NCBI GenBank assembly: GCA_965235115.1
Contig: OZ249436.1
Span: 48,610,001 to 48,674,000, forward strand
DNA from: Laetmonice hystrix
Taxonomy: Eukaryota
Direction of reading: 5' to 3'
DNA length: 64,000 nucleotides
The notes beneath the pieces are model-generated. The model saw nothing but the letters and a program-made list of their open reading frames with translations, was not told the DNA's origin and ran no database searches. Of this stretch, positions 41,341-54,800 are shown one piece after another. A program made the position numbers and the translations under genes. The number at the start of each line of letters is the position of its first letter. Within the stretch, counting starts at the first letter, position 1.

Positions 41341-44300
41341 ATGGCGTTTTTGTACGTGTTAGCTGTGGGTGCTGCATTTGGTGTCACCGTACTCATCACA
41401 AAGAGTTGTCGTTGGTTCCGACGACGTCATTATGATGTTCCTGCACGTGACATTCGCAAGGGACACCGATGGTGTGTGACAGACCTTTTCTCACAGCCAA
41501 CCTACTGTAACATCAGCGAGGACCACATCATGACTGGTGCCTTCTGCGACTCTTGTGGTATCTGTGTGGAGGACCAGAACATGAAGACAGCAGACAAGCG
41601 ACTCCCGTGTAAAGCTCTCTCAGACAACGCAGAGATTCACAAACATCACTGGGTGAAGGGTAACTTACCCCTGTGCAGTCAATGTGATGTTTGCGGGGAT
41701 GAATGTGGCAATCAGCCTGAACTGTGTGATTTCAAATGCTGCTGGTGTAGACGAACTATCCATGAAAGCTGTAGGGATGCATACAGTAAGAGTTGTGACT
41801 TGGGACATTATAAGAATTTCATAGTGCCACCAAACTGTGTACGCCTAAAGCAAGTTGGCTTTAAAGGAAGGCGACATCTAGTTGTGCAATCAGTAAAAGA
41901 ACCAGCGCTGAGTAATTGGATGCCTCTCATTGTAATTGCAAATCGGAAAAGTGGCAATGGAGATGGTGAAATGATCTTGCAAGCCTTCAGAGGATTACTT
42001 AACCCTGCTCAGGTAAGCATTTAACTTTTACTCTTCAGGTAATTTTAAAATGTGCAAGATAGTATTTATTCAGTCTTAATAGCGAGTGCGAGTTGTGAAG
42101 TGGCTGGCGAAGCCTGGTGTAATGACAACATGGGTGTATATACAATAGTGGCCAAGACCAATCCACACCATTTCGCATAAAATCACTGTCGCGTAAAACC
42201 AGAACTGGAAATACCATGGAGCAAAAATCAAGGAGGGTTATGTGACCCAACCTCCCTCTGAAGAGGGCATGATGTCATGTCATGTAGTCAAAGATTTCAG
42301 ATAAATCTAAATCAGGGTACATAATGCAAACCTTAAGTTTTGCAGACTTGTGTTGAGAAACACAAACTAATTTTGTCACTTTTGAAAGATTCCAATTTGG
42401 CAAATTCACATGTGTATGTGTATTGACATTTCATTGACACAGGTGATTGACCTATGTGACATTCCCCCGGAGTGTGGCTTGGAGTGGTGTCATCTTCTTC
42501 CCCATGTTACCTTCCGTGTGCTGGCAGCAGGAGGCGACGGCACAGTTGGATGGGTTCTCAGTGCCATAGACAACCTCAAACTTAAGGTAACATACCGTCA
42601 AGCTGAAGGATGTCGTTGACAGTTTTGAACATTTCTCTGTACTGATTTTCATAAAACGACACAATATCACATACATGTGTATTAGTACAACCAGATTTTA
42701 GTTGCCACATTTGGTTTTGAATGGAAAGAATTTATTCTTTTGCAGAAGAGTCTACCAATTTGACTTGATGACCATGAAAAATTTGTTATTAGGTAGCAGC
42801 ATGCAGTTTGGTTGTGGCAAATAGTTTTGGTATTATCATTTAGGTACATTATATAAAATAGATTATTTTTATTTCAACCATTTCCCATCAAACAGGTATT
42901 TCTAGATCCCTCCTGTTTGTTTGTGGGCAGTTTATGCGGTTGATTTTGTTTAATGACCCATTATGGGGCCTTGAAATCCATTAATTGAGACGTGAGCACC
43001 CAGAAGCAGGCCCACTAGTATTTAGTGCACTACTGGCTGTCCTTGTAGCACGTCCCAGACACTGCCACCATTGGCTCATACCACCTGATCTTTGTAAGTA
43101 TACAGCTTCAAATCTCTGAACAGATCATGTCTGAACAGCCTGTCGGAGTAAGGTGACACATTTTGACACATTATGGAAAAATGTCAATTAGGTGCCCTTT
43201 GACAAAAGTTCATGTTTCCAATCATGCCACAGACAAATATTTATATAAAAGAGAAAGTTCTAATTTCGCCTACTCCATGAGCTGTGCAAACATCTCAAAT
43301 GTTTAGAGATTGTACATCAACCTCAGAGACAGTTCGACACCAGAAAATTAGAATTTCTTATAACAATTTTGTAAGAAAATGTTTTGTTGTTGTGTTGTAC
43401 CCATTCATCAGGTTCCCACGGTCCTTAAAGATTCTGATTATTATAATTGCCACCCTCATTAGAACTGTTCGGTGACTTTATCTGGAGTGCAAACTGTCAG
43501 AAATTGAAATCTTGTAATTAGATGGAGATTGCAAATTAGTCAAATCTTTGAACTCTCAGCTCAAGTTCTTGAATTTAAAGAAAAAGGTCCTTTAATGTAT
43601 TTTGTGTTCTGATAACGTGGGAACCTTGCATACATAGGTTATTACTCAATAACATATAAAGTACCTAGCATCATGCCCCTTCCCCCACCTCTTAATACAA
43701 ACTTATACATTAGTTTATTACTTAATGACATAAAAGTACCTAGCATCATGCCCCTTCCCCCATCTCTTACAAAATGACACATAAAGTACCTAGCATCATG
43801 CCCCTTCCCCCATCTCTTACAAACTTACAGTGGCTACCCTAGCGTAAAATAGAAGGGCGCCCCGCCCTGCCTTCACTAGCCCCGCCCTGCCCTTTTGAAC
43901 TGCGCCTTGCCGTTGCTCAACAGCGCCCTGCCTCTGTCAACAGCGCCCCTCTGCCCTCCCCTCCATCAAAGACTAATGACTTCCAGGAATTGTCCCAGCT
44001 GGCATTACATAACACAGTCACAGAGTGACAGAACGCAAGAGAAAGACGTCGGGAAGTACACAAGAACCTAGTCAGAGAAAGTAAGATTGCCGGTACAAAG
44101 CATTGAATGTACCGGTACTACGGTAATCAGTATTATATGATTGCAAGGCATGAATATTTCTATGCTAGGTATATTGTACTGATCATTACGGCCTCATGCA
44201 CAGCAATTTACATCAGGGCTGGTATGAAGGAGTAGTATTACCACTACAGGTGGTGTCGGCGTCTGCTCTCAGAGAATGTCGGGGTCTTAACTATGTAAAG

Positions 44301-47294
44301 GGCTTGAAATTCATTGAAAAAAGAGCACTACAATTATTGCTGCATTACCCTTTCCTTTATCAGGGCATGCACCTAGGCATTCTAGTGACTCTGTTAGCAC
44401 ATTAAATTAATTTAATTAAAGTAATGTCAGTACCTTAATTGATGCACTCGCGTTTTGCATGCTAATAATAAAAGAATCTTCTCCAACTAAAGCATTTAAC
44501 AGGGGGAATATTTTGTAAAATATCTTTCTGGTTTATGCACCTCCCTCCATCCACCTTTCCATTTCTTTTATCAGATGTATGCATTCAAATCAAACTCCTG
44601 TTAATAAAATGAAGAGGAAACAAACAATCATTTACACTACTGTGATATATAGGAAACTGTCAAGTAACTCACAGACAACAGTTTCAGTCTCTTACACTAT
44701 TGGTCAGGTTAGTCAAGAGTCTTGTGGCAGCCAGAAGTCTGAAGCCTGAAAATGATTTCTGCGCCAAACTACTAATTGTAGAGTACATAATGAGATAGTT
44801 GCACTACATGACATACTAATATAGACAACTTACGGTAGTGAGTAGTAAGTAAATCTGTGGTACCATAGAACTGTAAGCCCAGATCTACATGTGGTAGTTC
44901 AGTTTAAACACCCATTGATTATATCTGTCCAAAATGTTAATGAACATTGTTTGAGATGCGGCGTACAGTTTAGTCCTTGCCTTTGTAACATTAAAGCAGT
45001 GAAGAAATATGTACAAGGAAAAAGATTTAACCGTTTGTTTCTTTTCTACCGATAAAGATTATTTCAGAAACATGGTCTCTCGTCCTGCTGATACTGTTTC
45101 CCCGACATGAACTGAACTATGTTAGTAGACTGACGGTACTGTAGACACAGCTCAGTAATGCTGTGGTAATCTTTAGATGTGGCTGTATGGGGCCTGTAAC
45201 TGGATGCATGATTGCTTCTGGATCTGGACACTTTCTATCATTATCTTGTTACAATGCATTCTACAATTTTCTCCTTGAGCAAGGATTGCTGCTTCATGAT
45301 TTTTTCATTTCCTTTTGATTTAGTCTTATTATACCAGGTGTCTGAAAAAAAGCACAACCATATGATATATTCAAGCACCTTTTTTCCTACTACTACCGGT
45401 AATCGTTACTCCAGCCAAAAAAATGGATTGGTTTAGGGGAAATCTTTTTTTATCTTCTTATGGATGGGAAGGTCACAAATGTGAAAGGCGGGTACTAAAA
45501 ATACAAGTAGATTTACCTTTTCTTGACACCCCACATATACTATTATTTGAGTATGTTGATCAAATTGGTTAGTTCAAAGTTTTTGGCACTAATAATATTT
45601 TCGAAAATCATTTGTTTTTTCTTAAACATGACATTATGTTGTTGGCCTCTCAGTTGTTTATTGTTCATTGCCAGGGGCCCATTGTATGCCATTCTCGTTT
45701 GTTATAAATCCATGTTCATTTCGTATTTTAATAAATGAGTATTCAGAGAAATGGTGATGATGAGATTTCTTGTCTCGTGTCACAGATTTTGCAGTCACAT
45801 GGCAGTAACCTTCTGTTCATGAACCGTCGACTGCCGTCATGTTAACCCCGATCCCAGTATACACGGGTGTGTCCCACGTACCGGTACCGCTTTCCTAGGC
45901 CTGGTTTATAAAACAAACTTAAGACTTTGCTTAAGCTTAACCCTCCTGATTGGGTGTTCTGCAGCAACCAGCTCAGAGGGGTTTAGATTAACCTGGAGCA
46001 AGATCTTAAGATTTATAAAAACGGGACCTGTGACCACATCAACCTTTGCGGCAGATACTGACGAGAGAACAACTTGTCTTCTTTCAGCCGACTCCCCAGG
46101 TTAGCATCCTACCCCTGGGTACTGGCAATGACCTGGCGCGGGTCCTCGGCTGGGGTGAGGGGTACACCGGAGACGTGGATGTTCTCCAGATTCTCGATCA
46201 ACAGGAGACAGCAAACATCAGCAAACTTGACCGGTGAGCGAATGATTTTGACACTTCCCAGACTTTGTGTATTTACTGGACTATTCTTCTACTTTCATAA
46301 AAACTGAATAGTAGAATCAAGATGGGTACCACATACAGCACCCGTGACCTCACAATCACGGGCGCTCATAGGCGAAAGCGCCATGGCGCCCGTCAAAAAC
46401 AGGCTCTGGGTATGTGACAGATGAAAATAGATAATACAGTGGTACAAAACTTGTAATACCAGATAAATGAGACATTGTCAGTCTAAAATATCATCAATGT
46501 CATGTGGAAATGAACATATAGAACCTACCTTACCATACTGTACGTTTGCTAGGCAAGAATCAGAACGTTTCAGGTGTTTTTATTGTGAGTTACTGGGGTC
46601 TGCTCGAAGGGAGGCCAGGTTTTAAAATTGGGGGTGCTACTTTAAATATAGATGCGGCTACAAAAAGGGAAATGACAGGACATTTATTACAGGAAGTTTA
46701 TGATTGATCATCACAAAGTTATGACTATGCGTTCTAATGTTGCAGATGGAAGGTAGAAATAAACCCGGCCAAACATTTTGGAATCCGGTTACCACGGAAA
46801 GTAAGTAGAAAGTTTGTACGGTGACGATTTCTCATCTCTGAGTGATGGTGGTGCCACCTGTTGTCTTTAAAAGGAGAACACCAGACCTACCACTCTGCCG
46901 CCTGGTGGTTGTTTTAGTAAACATGGTAATGTTCAGTGCCATCAAGTATGAATAATAATCTCAAGCAAGATACATCGTATCAGAAATAGAAATTCATAGT
47001 CCTATATTGATACTTTATCAATGTCAGTGACGAGTGACTTAGATCAGTAGGTATATTTTAAATGGTTAGCTCTATGGTGATAGAACCAGTATTCCGTAAT
47101 AACCAGTGTGTTAGAATGACAGGTGGGGGGTCGAACCTGTTAACCATTTATCGTTTTCCAATTTTTTACTTTACCTGCAGGAGTTGATCGCCAACAACTA
47201 TATCTCAATTGGCGTGGATGCCTTGGTCACCTTGAACTTTCACAAGCATCGAGAAAGTAGCCCGGCTCTGTTTGGTTCACGCTTCATTAACAAG
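41341..47294 (+). CDS. DGKE: Diacylglycerol kinase epsilon, 5' partial (first five coding exons; remainder not found in window)
   Basis: Exons 41341-42012, 42443-42586, 46088-46233, 46746-46800, 47181-47294, phase-consistent. N-terminal hydrophobic helix ([17 protein letters not shown]), two C1 domains (HRW...[11 protein letters not shown]), [59 protein letters not shown]. Confidence 0.94.
43655..43825. repeat. Three imperfectly spaced copies of a motif of about 40 bp
   Basis: aaagtacctagcatcatgccccttccccca(c/t)ctctta, three times. Confidence 0.85.
45897..46030. mobile_element. Degenerate foldback MITE resembling the 4964-5436 outer element
   Basis: aggcctggtttataaaa...cttaag...ctgattgg / cttaagatttataaaaacgggacct. 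Confidence 0.45.
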
Positions 47295-50200
47295 GTCAGT
47301 AGGTTTTCATAGAACATGGGTAGAATACACGGTGAATATCTGCTCAGTGGACGTGTGTATATTGGATGACGGTCTCTATAAGAAGGGTTGGTATTCCAGT
47401 CAGTCCTATTGGAGGGTCCACAGTGGAGGTCTGTACCCCCCTCCTAAAGTTGTAATTCACTCTTACCTTCAGACGCACTGTAGGGAAGACTTTCAGGCAG
47501 TACGTGGAGGGGGCCATACTGTGCTGCCACCTGGCTAGGAAAGGGGAAATACCTAGTTTGTACTGGACCTTCACTCACAGTCAATCAGCCTTCAAATTTT
47601 CACAGTAAGACTATATACCGACATAAGAATAGCTTTAAAGCATACAAAATGCACTGAGGGTTTATTGATACAGATTGTGAAGTGCTTGGAGTCCCATCAA
47701 GTTTTTACTCAGAGACAGGTTCAATTTATACAGTGAAGTATAATTTACAATTATACGCACATCACCTCAATCCCAACAGCCTGAAATACCATTTACCTGG
47801 GCACTTTGATGATGACGTGCCTTCGGTAATCAGTCATATTGAAGAAATCAGTTATATTGCTCGCAATCCATTATTTGTGGATCTCTCACTGGTCTTGTCC
47901 TTTTATTTGAGGCTTGATTGACATGCAACCTCGTTAGGTTCCTTGAGTTAAGAGCGTACAGTTTACAGCGGTCGACACTAGCCACTTCAGATGAAAGTCT
48001 CAAAGAGGTTTCGGTCGCTGAGGTTTGCTATTCATTTGGTGATCTGTGGCGGCTAGTTACCGAGTCTCACGCCAGGGGGCGTGGAGAGTTCAGCCGATGA
48101 TGTGGGTTTTACTGATGCCGGGAGCCCAATTTGTCCACCTGTGAAGGTGAGAGGCGGTCACGGCAGGTGATAAAAGGACATTGAGGCCAGGTGTTGGGCA
48201 TCTGATCGACGCGTTGCATCACCTGGACACGCCCTCAATATATGACGTAACCATGGTCAGATTTGTCCTCTGGTTTGGATTCCGATGGTGTAAACCCCTG
48301 CCATTCATTTGCAATATCGTGATTATAGTCTTGAATACCGTGAAAATGGAAACTCTTTGTTAAGATGAACATAAAGGAAGGAAGACTAATAGAGTTCGTG
48401 TAGACTGCTTCTAGAGTTAGCTAAGTCTACTTTAGACGGCGATTGGCTATTGTGTGATTCAAAATTTGTCCGTCTTAGTTCTTATACCTAATGGAGATTT
48501 TAAATGTTTAAAATCTCTGAAATCTTCAAAACATAACTTTGTAAAAGTTTGTATAACTTTGTATAACTTTGTAAAAGAGTTGTGGGAAAGAGATCAGAGT
48601 AACTGGTTTTTTTTCCATTCAAACAGCGTTGACTTTCAGAAACTGACACTACCATTACATGATTACATGACAACATTACTGTTGAATTGATTGCTAAAAG
48701 CCGCACCTCAAATTAACATTGATACTTTTCTGCTAATTTTCGAACCTTACAAAATGAGAGGTTAAAAACCTAATTGGATTGAGGTGTGTATGTGTGGAAG
48801 TGCGCGTCACTGGTGTTAGCCGAACGTAGTCCTCTGACGTCATAATTACGTATCCGTGGTGATGGCCAATTGTCATGTGGCTGTTCATGTTTGTCAGTTA
48901 CGTCACATCGCCCGAGGCGCGTGACTCTTCACGCTGTGATTGGAGGACCGTGACCCGAGGTCAGAGGTCATCTCTCGCCACCGGACGCCGCGTCATGCCG
49001 GTGGGAGAGACAGGAACTTAGGCGAGCTGTCACCAGGTGGCGTGACGACTGGTGGGGGGTATTGGTTGATGTTATGGAGATGCCACTTTGTTAATTAGTC
49101 ACAAGGGCCTTGCGTAATTCAGCCTCTCCCTGTATGTTGTCATCGTTCATCGGAGGTTCTGGTTCTGTGCCGGCCATTACAGAGGATAGAATGGGAGTCA
49201 TGGAATGTAGACGGCAGGGGGTTGTCAGGCCAGTTGTAAATGACTGTTTTTATTAAATATATTCTCTAATTCTTGGTGAAATTTGTACATTTAATGAAAA
49301 TAGCTAATAAAGGGATCTTTAAACGGTTACTATTTTATTTTATATGATTTTGTCACCTTATTATAACCCACAGAAATACATGTACTAACTCCTAGTGGGT
49401 CATAGGGCCTGCATGGGTCAGATCACACGCTGTTTCTAGGGCGTGTTGATGAAGAGACCTGGGGCGCACCTCAGCCGGTTTCTCCGATAACTATACAGAT
49501 TTTGATCTGAGATAACCGCAGAATTCTTGATATACGAGACATGATTTCACATTGTTCAGTTTCGTTAGTCAGTGCTGGACATCACACCGCATAAAAAATA
49601 AAATGGTAAAAATGATTACATTTTGCCTGTATAAAAATTCAGCTGCCTTACAATTAGACCTAGATGTGCCCTAATGAGCACTGGGATATGGACTGTCTGA
49701 GAATAAAACCATATCGTATCAGATTCCTCATTCTTTCAGATATGTTTCATGGTAGCGTTGCTGCTCACTGCTGGCCCTCATTTGATTTTTGAGAATGCGC
49801 CTGGTCTCAAACAATACTAACAAAAGGTACACAGGGACCAGCCAGTGTTTGGTTGGTCCAGGGAAAAGTTGAATTAACCAGAGGCATTGGTGCTATGTGA
49901 GCAAGTCTGTGTGAAGAAGACGATACTGGAGACAAAGTGAGAGACTGAGCCGTTCAGTTGTCTGTCTTGCCGGGTTTCCTGTCTCCCGGATAGACGCCGG
50001 GTTAGTTTCCCGTCTTGAAGAACATCAGACGAGCACCGACCGTGACAAACTGGCGCGTTCTACGTCCATCCGGTCTGATTGGCCGGCGACGGAGGTCAGA
50101 GGTCACGTGACCCGCCGCGGGAGGGCGCTGCGGTCAGGGTTAGGATTACAATGAGCAGACGAAGCGTTACAGACCTCGCGGTGGTGGAAACAATGGGCGG

Positions 50201-51016
50201 GAGACCACCCAGTTCAAGCGGCAGGGGGGCAGGTAGGGGGGGGGGGAGTACCTACACCAAGTGGTCAGTGAAGGTGGGGGTATTTGAGGGGTGGTCTTGT
50301 TAGCCGTGTCCAGGTGGGGCCGGTCAAAGGTGGCGGCGGCGGTCACTGCTGACTTTTAATGATGTTGACTGTATGCTGTTGACTAAGTGGTCTTTGATAA
50401 GTTCCCAGATTGATTTCACAGACAACACTCGACATATTCCTGCAGGTTGTTTCTTGGTAAACCGGATGAAATATTCATCAAGAAATGAGTGAAATATAAG
50501 CTAAGACAGGTGAAACTGTTAATTTGGACTGGTCACCAACCTTGATATGGCACCGGCATGACCAACCTTGAATGTTGTCAAGACCTGATGGTGTGTGTAC
50601 ATGAGCCCTTCAGACGGTCCCGTCGTCTCTCTCGAACAGAGAAATCGTATTTCTTTGTCTTCTACTTTGACCTTCAGTCTGCCCTTGGCTTTCTGTGGGT
50701 TGTTTGATTATTTACGAAGTGTTTTTCACTGAGCCTTTAAAAATTTTTTCAGTGTGTTCCAACTGCTCACACCTTGGTGTGAAGGTCTGACACCTGTGCA
50801 GATTTTTTTTCAGGTAATGTTCATGTACAATATATCCAGCTTTGTCGGGATTCACATACATTGATATATCCTCCTCTTACGGCGTTTACATTGACGGGTA
50901 AAACTAAATGTCTACACAGGTCTGGGTTTAATGAGGGGTTGCATTGAAATAATTAGTGTCTATAGCCTGGGGGGCTTAAAGTGTGACATCTATGTTCGAG
51001 CGCTCCATATGGTTTG

Positions 51017-51074
<58 letters not shown>
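51017..51074. repeat. (TTTC)n microsatellite
   Basis: Direct reading. Confidence 0.95.
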
Positions 51075-51075
<1 letters not shown>

Positions 51076-51754
51076 TTGGCGAAATCTAAGATTGAAGCAT
51101 GATGACAGTTTACAAATGTTCACAGTACTGTCTTGTCTGGTCCTTTCGATGCAGACGTCCTTATATTGCACCCCATGACCTCTCATCAAAGATTCCTGTT
51201 CAAGTATCCTGACTCACGGTTTCCGTAGAAAGTCCGTATGGTATTATTCTTACGAATTGCATGCATCCCGAAAAGTGAAGTGGAAAACTCGCAAAATAGC
51301 AAAGTTTTCTTCTTTTTAATATAAGATTTTCGCCCCCAGTGTATATCAATGAAAACGCCTCCTTTGTTGAATTAATTAACTGCACAGGCCTAGTTCAGAT
51401 TACTTTATCACCATTAATTGTACATGCAATTGAAAAAAACGTGTTAGTTTCATGGAGATTTGATGTTCTTTGTTTTAGTCCTAAAGTTTAGACTTCGATC
51501 CGAAGTTGGGCTTAGTGTCGTCAGTTTCATGACTGTACCGAGAAGGCCGCAGTAGCCACTCGTGTAAGATATCTGTGCTTGCCACGGAAAGAAGTTTGAA
51601 GAGAAGTTCTCCGGACAATAAGTCCAAATATTGCAGTTTTTGTTCAGGTCAACCCCCAGGATTTGCTTCCAGTGTTCCCCATACGAAAAGCTGGGATCAA
51701 TTCTCAGTGTGGTACAAAGAGTAGACGAGGATCTGTCTACGCCTACAAAGCCCA

Positions 51755-51880
51755 GGATCCCGGTTAGTTGTTGTGATAGCCACCCGGTGCTGTGTCAACC
51801 CATAAGGTAGTGTTGTGGGATCCCGGTTAGTTGTTGTGATAGCCACCCGGTGCTGTGTCAACCCATGAGGTAGTGTTGTG
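51755..51880. repeat. 63-bp tandem duplication
   Basis: ggatcccggttagttgttgtgatagccacccggtgctgtgtcaacccat(a/g)aggtagtgttgtgg, twice. Confidence 0.9.
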
Positions 51881-54800
51881 GTCACCCTCCCGGCATTATT
51901 CTCCCCCTGTCCCCGACTCCTGCCCCATCCCAATGCACCCCCTTGCAGCTCACACACAGCCCAATGCAGTCGGACGTAGTCGTAGCACTCAGTCAAGGTG
52001 AGCCCAGATCAAAGCGTGCCCGACTGGAGCTCCGGGAGGGGGTAGGATTCAGGCAGGTGAGAGGGGTGGATGGGGATGTTATAAAATGACCATCGGGGTG
52101 AGTGCCTCCCATTGACCAACCCCTCTGGTCGTCGCCACCCTCCATGCCTACCACCACTCAATATGCAGATTTCTCATCCGCCGTGGCACATTCAGGGGAC
52201 AAATTGGCAACACGTCTTCTTTTGATCAGGGATGATTAAAAGTTTACCAATCAATGGTTGTAACAAGTGAGGCCCAGCAGGGGTTGGGGTGGGGGTGGTG
52301 GGCAGGCCGGGGCCGGTCAGGGCTATTACCGGCGACCCGGCCGCTGAGTCCCGGCCGTCGTATGGAGCGTGATGTAAGCACCTCATCCTCACCCAGTTAC
52401 CTTGATTTATACGACAGGAAAAGCACCATTCATTATGCCACAAGCTGAGCTCTCCACTTCATTTGAGACGGTCAGAGCAGAAGACATTACTGAAGAAAGA
52501 GGAGGAAAGTGCTACCTATGAATGCTCTAAAAATAGTCAACCGGTGTCGTTTTGGTAATGTCTGACATTTGGTAATGGCTTTGAGGCCGGACCTAGTTTC
52601 TATGCAGACATTTGCAGGTTCTCATCATTAGTAAATGGTTGGTACCGGGAAACGGTACGTGAACCGATGTGAGAAACCGTTTAATTTAAGTGTTAGGGCT
52701 GAGATTAAAAAACATTACACTATCAGCAAACGGTTTTACTGATATAAGCAAATGTTATTATCATAAAACTTTTTACCGCCCGTAAATTTACATAACCCTG
52801 GCACATTATTGAACTTTTAATTAATAAGATACGACATCATTAGTGAGTGGAAATATTGCCAAATATTTTATTGTACGATACTGTTATATTGAATTAAGGG
52901 AAATTAGCCAAAAAAACACACATTTGTCTGGTACTTCTCTAACTATAGGATGTTGTCACAAATTACTTCATTTTGGGTACTGGTGTGTATATTTTCTTGC
53001 GCGGGCAAATTCTGATATATTAAATTAAATTGGAAAAGACGATCGTCTTTCACGTTTGTTTGGTTTCTGGTCATAAGTCCCAGGAAAACGCTGATACATT
53101 TGTATTTGTACCTAACTTAGGGTCTAATATGACTATATTATCTGTGATATGTTGGTCAACAAACCAGGTGTAAAAATTTTTGTCATTACTTTTTGAACAT
53201 TATCGTGTTTACCTTCCCTTTAAGCATTATTTGTAAACTTAATAGTGAACGTTCTGCGGACCTAAAGGAAAGAACCCGGGTAACATGATCTTTCAGGTGG
53301 GCAGTCCGTGCACGGTTAGAACGTAGATCTATGGTTAGACCCAAGATTAGATGTCTCCACGTCCCTAAGTTAGCAATCCATCAGCTTGCCAATTGAAATG
53401 ATATCGATAGGTGCTCGTTAAGTCGCCAGTGTTATTGACGTCCAGGTATCACACCCACTCACTACCACTCGCTGTGGGTGGACACCTCCAGGCCATTCCG
53501 GCGATAATGCCATTTTTTAAGCGTTCTTTGCCTAATTAGAGAGTTCATTAGTATGCAAGCCAACCAACAGGGGCGGGGCGCAAGCCTGTAGGCTGAACAT
53601 AGTGAAAACCTATGATAATACACCGCGCCACATCCCTGCCACGACGTACGTAAACAGCGCAGGCCTCCCGCGTTGGTACCGCCGTCAAAATGACGTCATA
53701 GTCGTACGTCGGCGTCTTTAGCTGGGCTACATCTCCGCAGTCCTCTGGGCGTTTAAATGATGAATAAAACTTCAAACCCCGTGTTTAAAGTAAGCTGTAC
53801 TTAACGGGGTGGCTGATCAGAGGACCTGCTTCACATTGATGACATTATTTCAATGCCTTGGAGGGATCTTATATCGTCAGTCACCAGTGACGGGACATGG
53901 ATAGCTGTAATCATAGAGAGGGTCTGGCGTTCTATGTATGGAGTACATAACTCCTACAGGTTCAGCCGCTCCCGTGGCACCACCAAAGTCCAATTAAAAT
54001 GTCTAAATGTGAAGTGTTTGTGTCAGCCAGTGAGAACAAGACCAACTCGGTGTGGAGTGATCGCCCTGTGGATCCCCGTGAGAGAAACCGCCCTCCCCCC
54101 CCCCCCCCGCCGCCCGCGTCTCAACTCCCCAACGTCTTCCCATTAACGGCGAAATGTCCACAGGACCGCGATCAGAGGAGTGGATCACCGCTGAGGGTAA
54201 CAAAGAGGGGTTGATTGTTGTTACCCTGAGGGCGGAGGGATCATTGTAGTCTCCCGTGTTGTCACCCTTGAGATGAGTGACAGTTACAGAAGTACTTATT
54301 GAGGGTTACGTAACACGGACCCAGTGACCTGTCATGGTCCGATCGCATACTTTTGATCTGTACCTGTAATCTTTGTCCCAGATCCCGTGACCTTCTTGGG
54401 GACTGGGTTCTGGTGTACCCCTAGCGTCTAACAAGCAGCCGTGCACAGGTGAACCTCCGTAGGGGTATACGTATATACCCTGCTGTGTGGCACGGCGGGG
54501 TGTAGGGTATTACCCCGGAGCCCTCACAGGCCGGGTACATTAAGGAGGCTAATAGTTATCAGGTGCGTGTAGGTCCAATGGTTTGATCGCTCGGTAACTC
54601 AACAGTAGTGACACACAAAGATGTCACATTGACACACAAAAAAAGTCGCATTGACACACACAAATTTACCCCAGGCACAAAAATGTTCACATTGACACAC
54701 GCACACGTTCATATCGAGACAGACGAAAGTGCACACAGACGCAAAAGGGTTCACACGGACACCAAGGAATTTTGGCATTGACCCTGCGCATGGCAAAACG

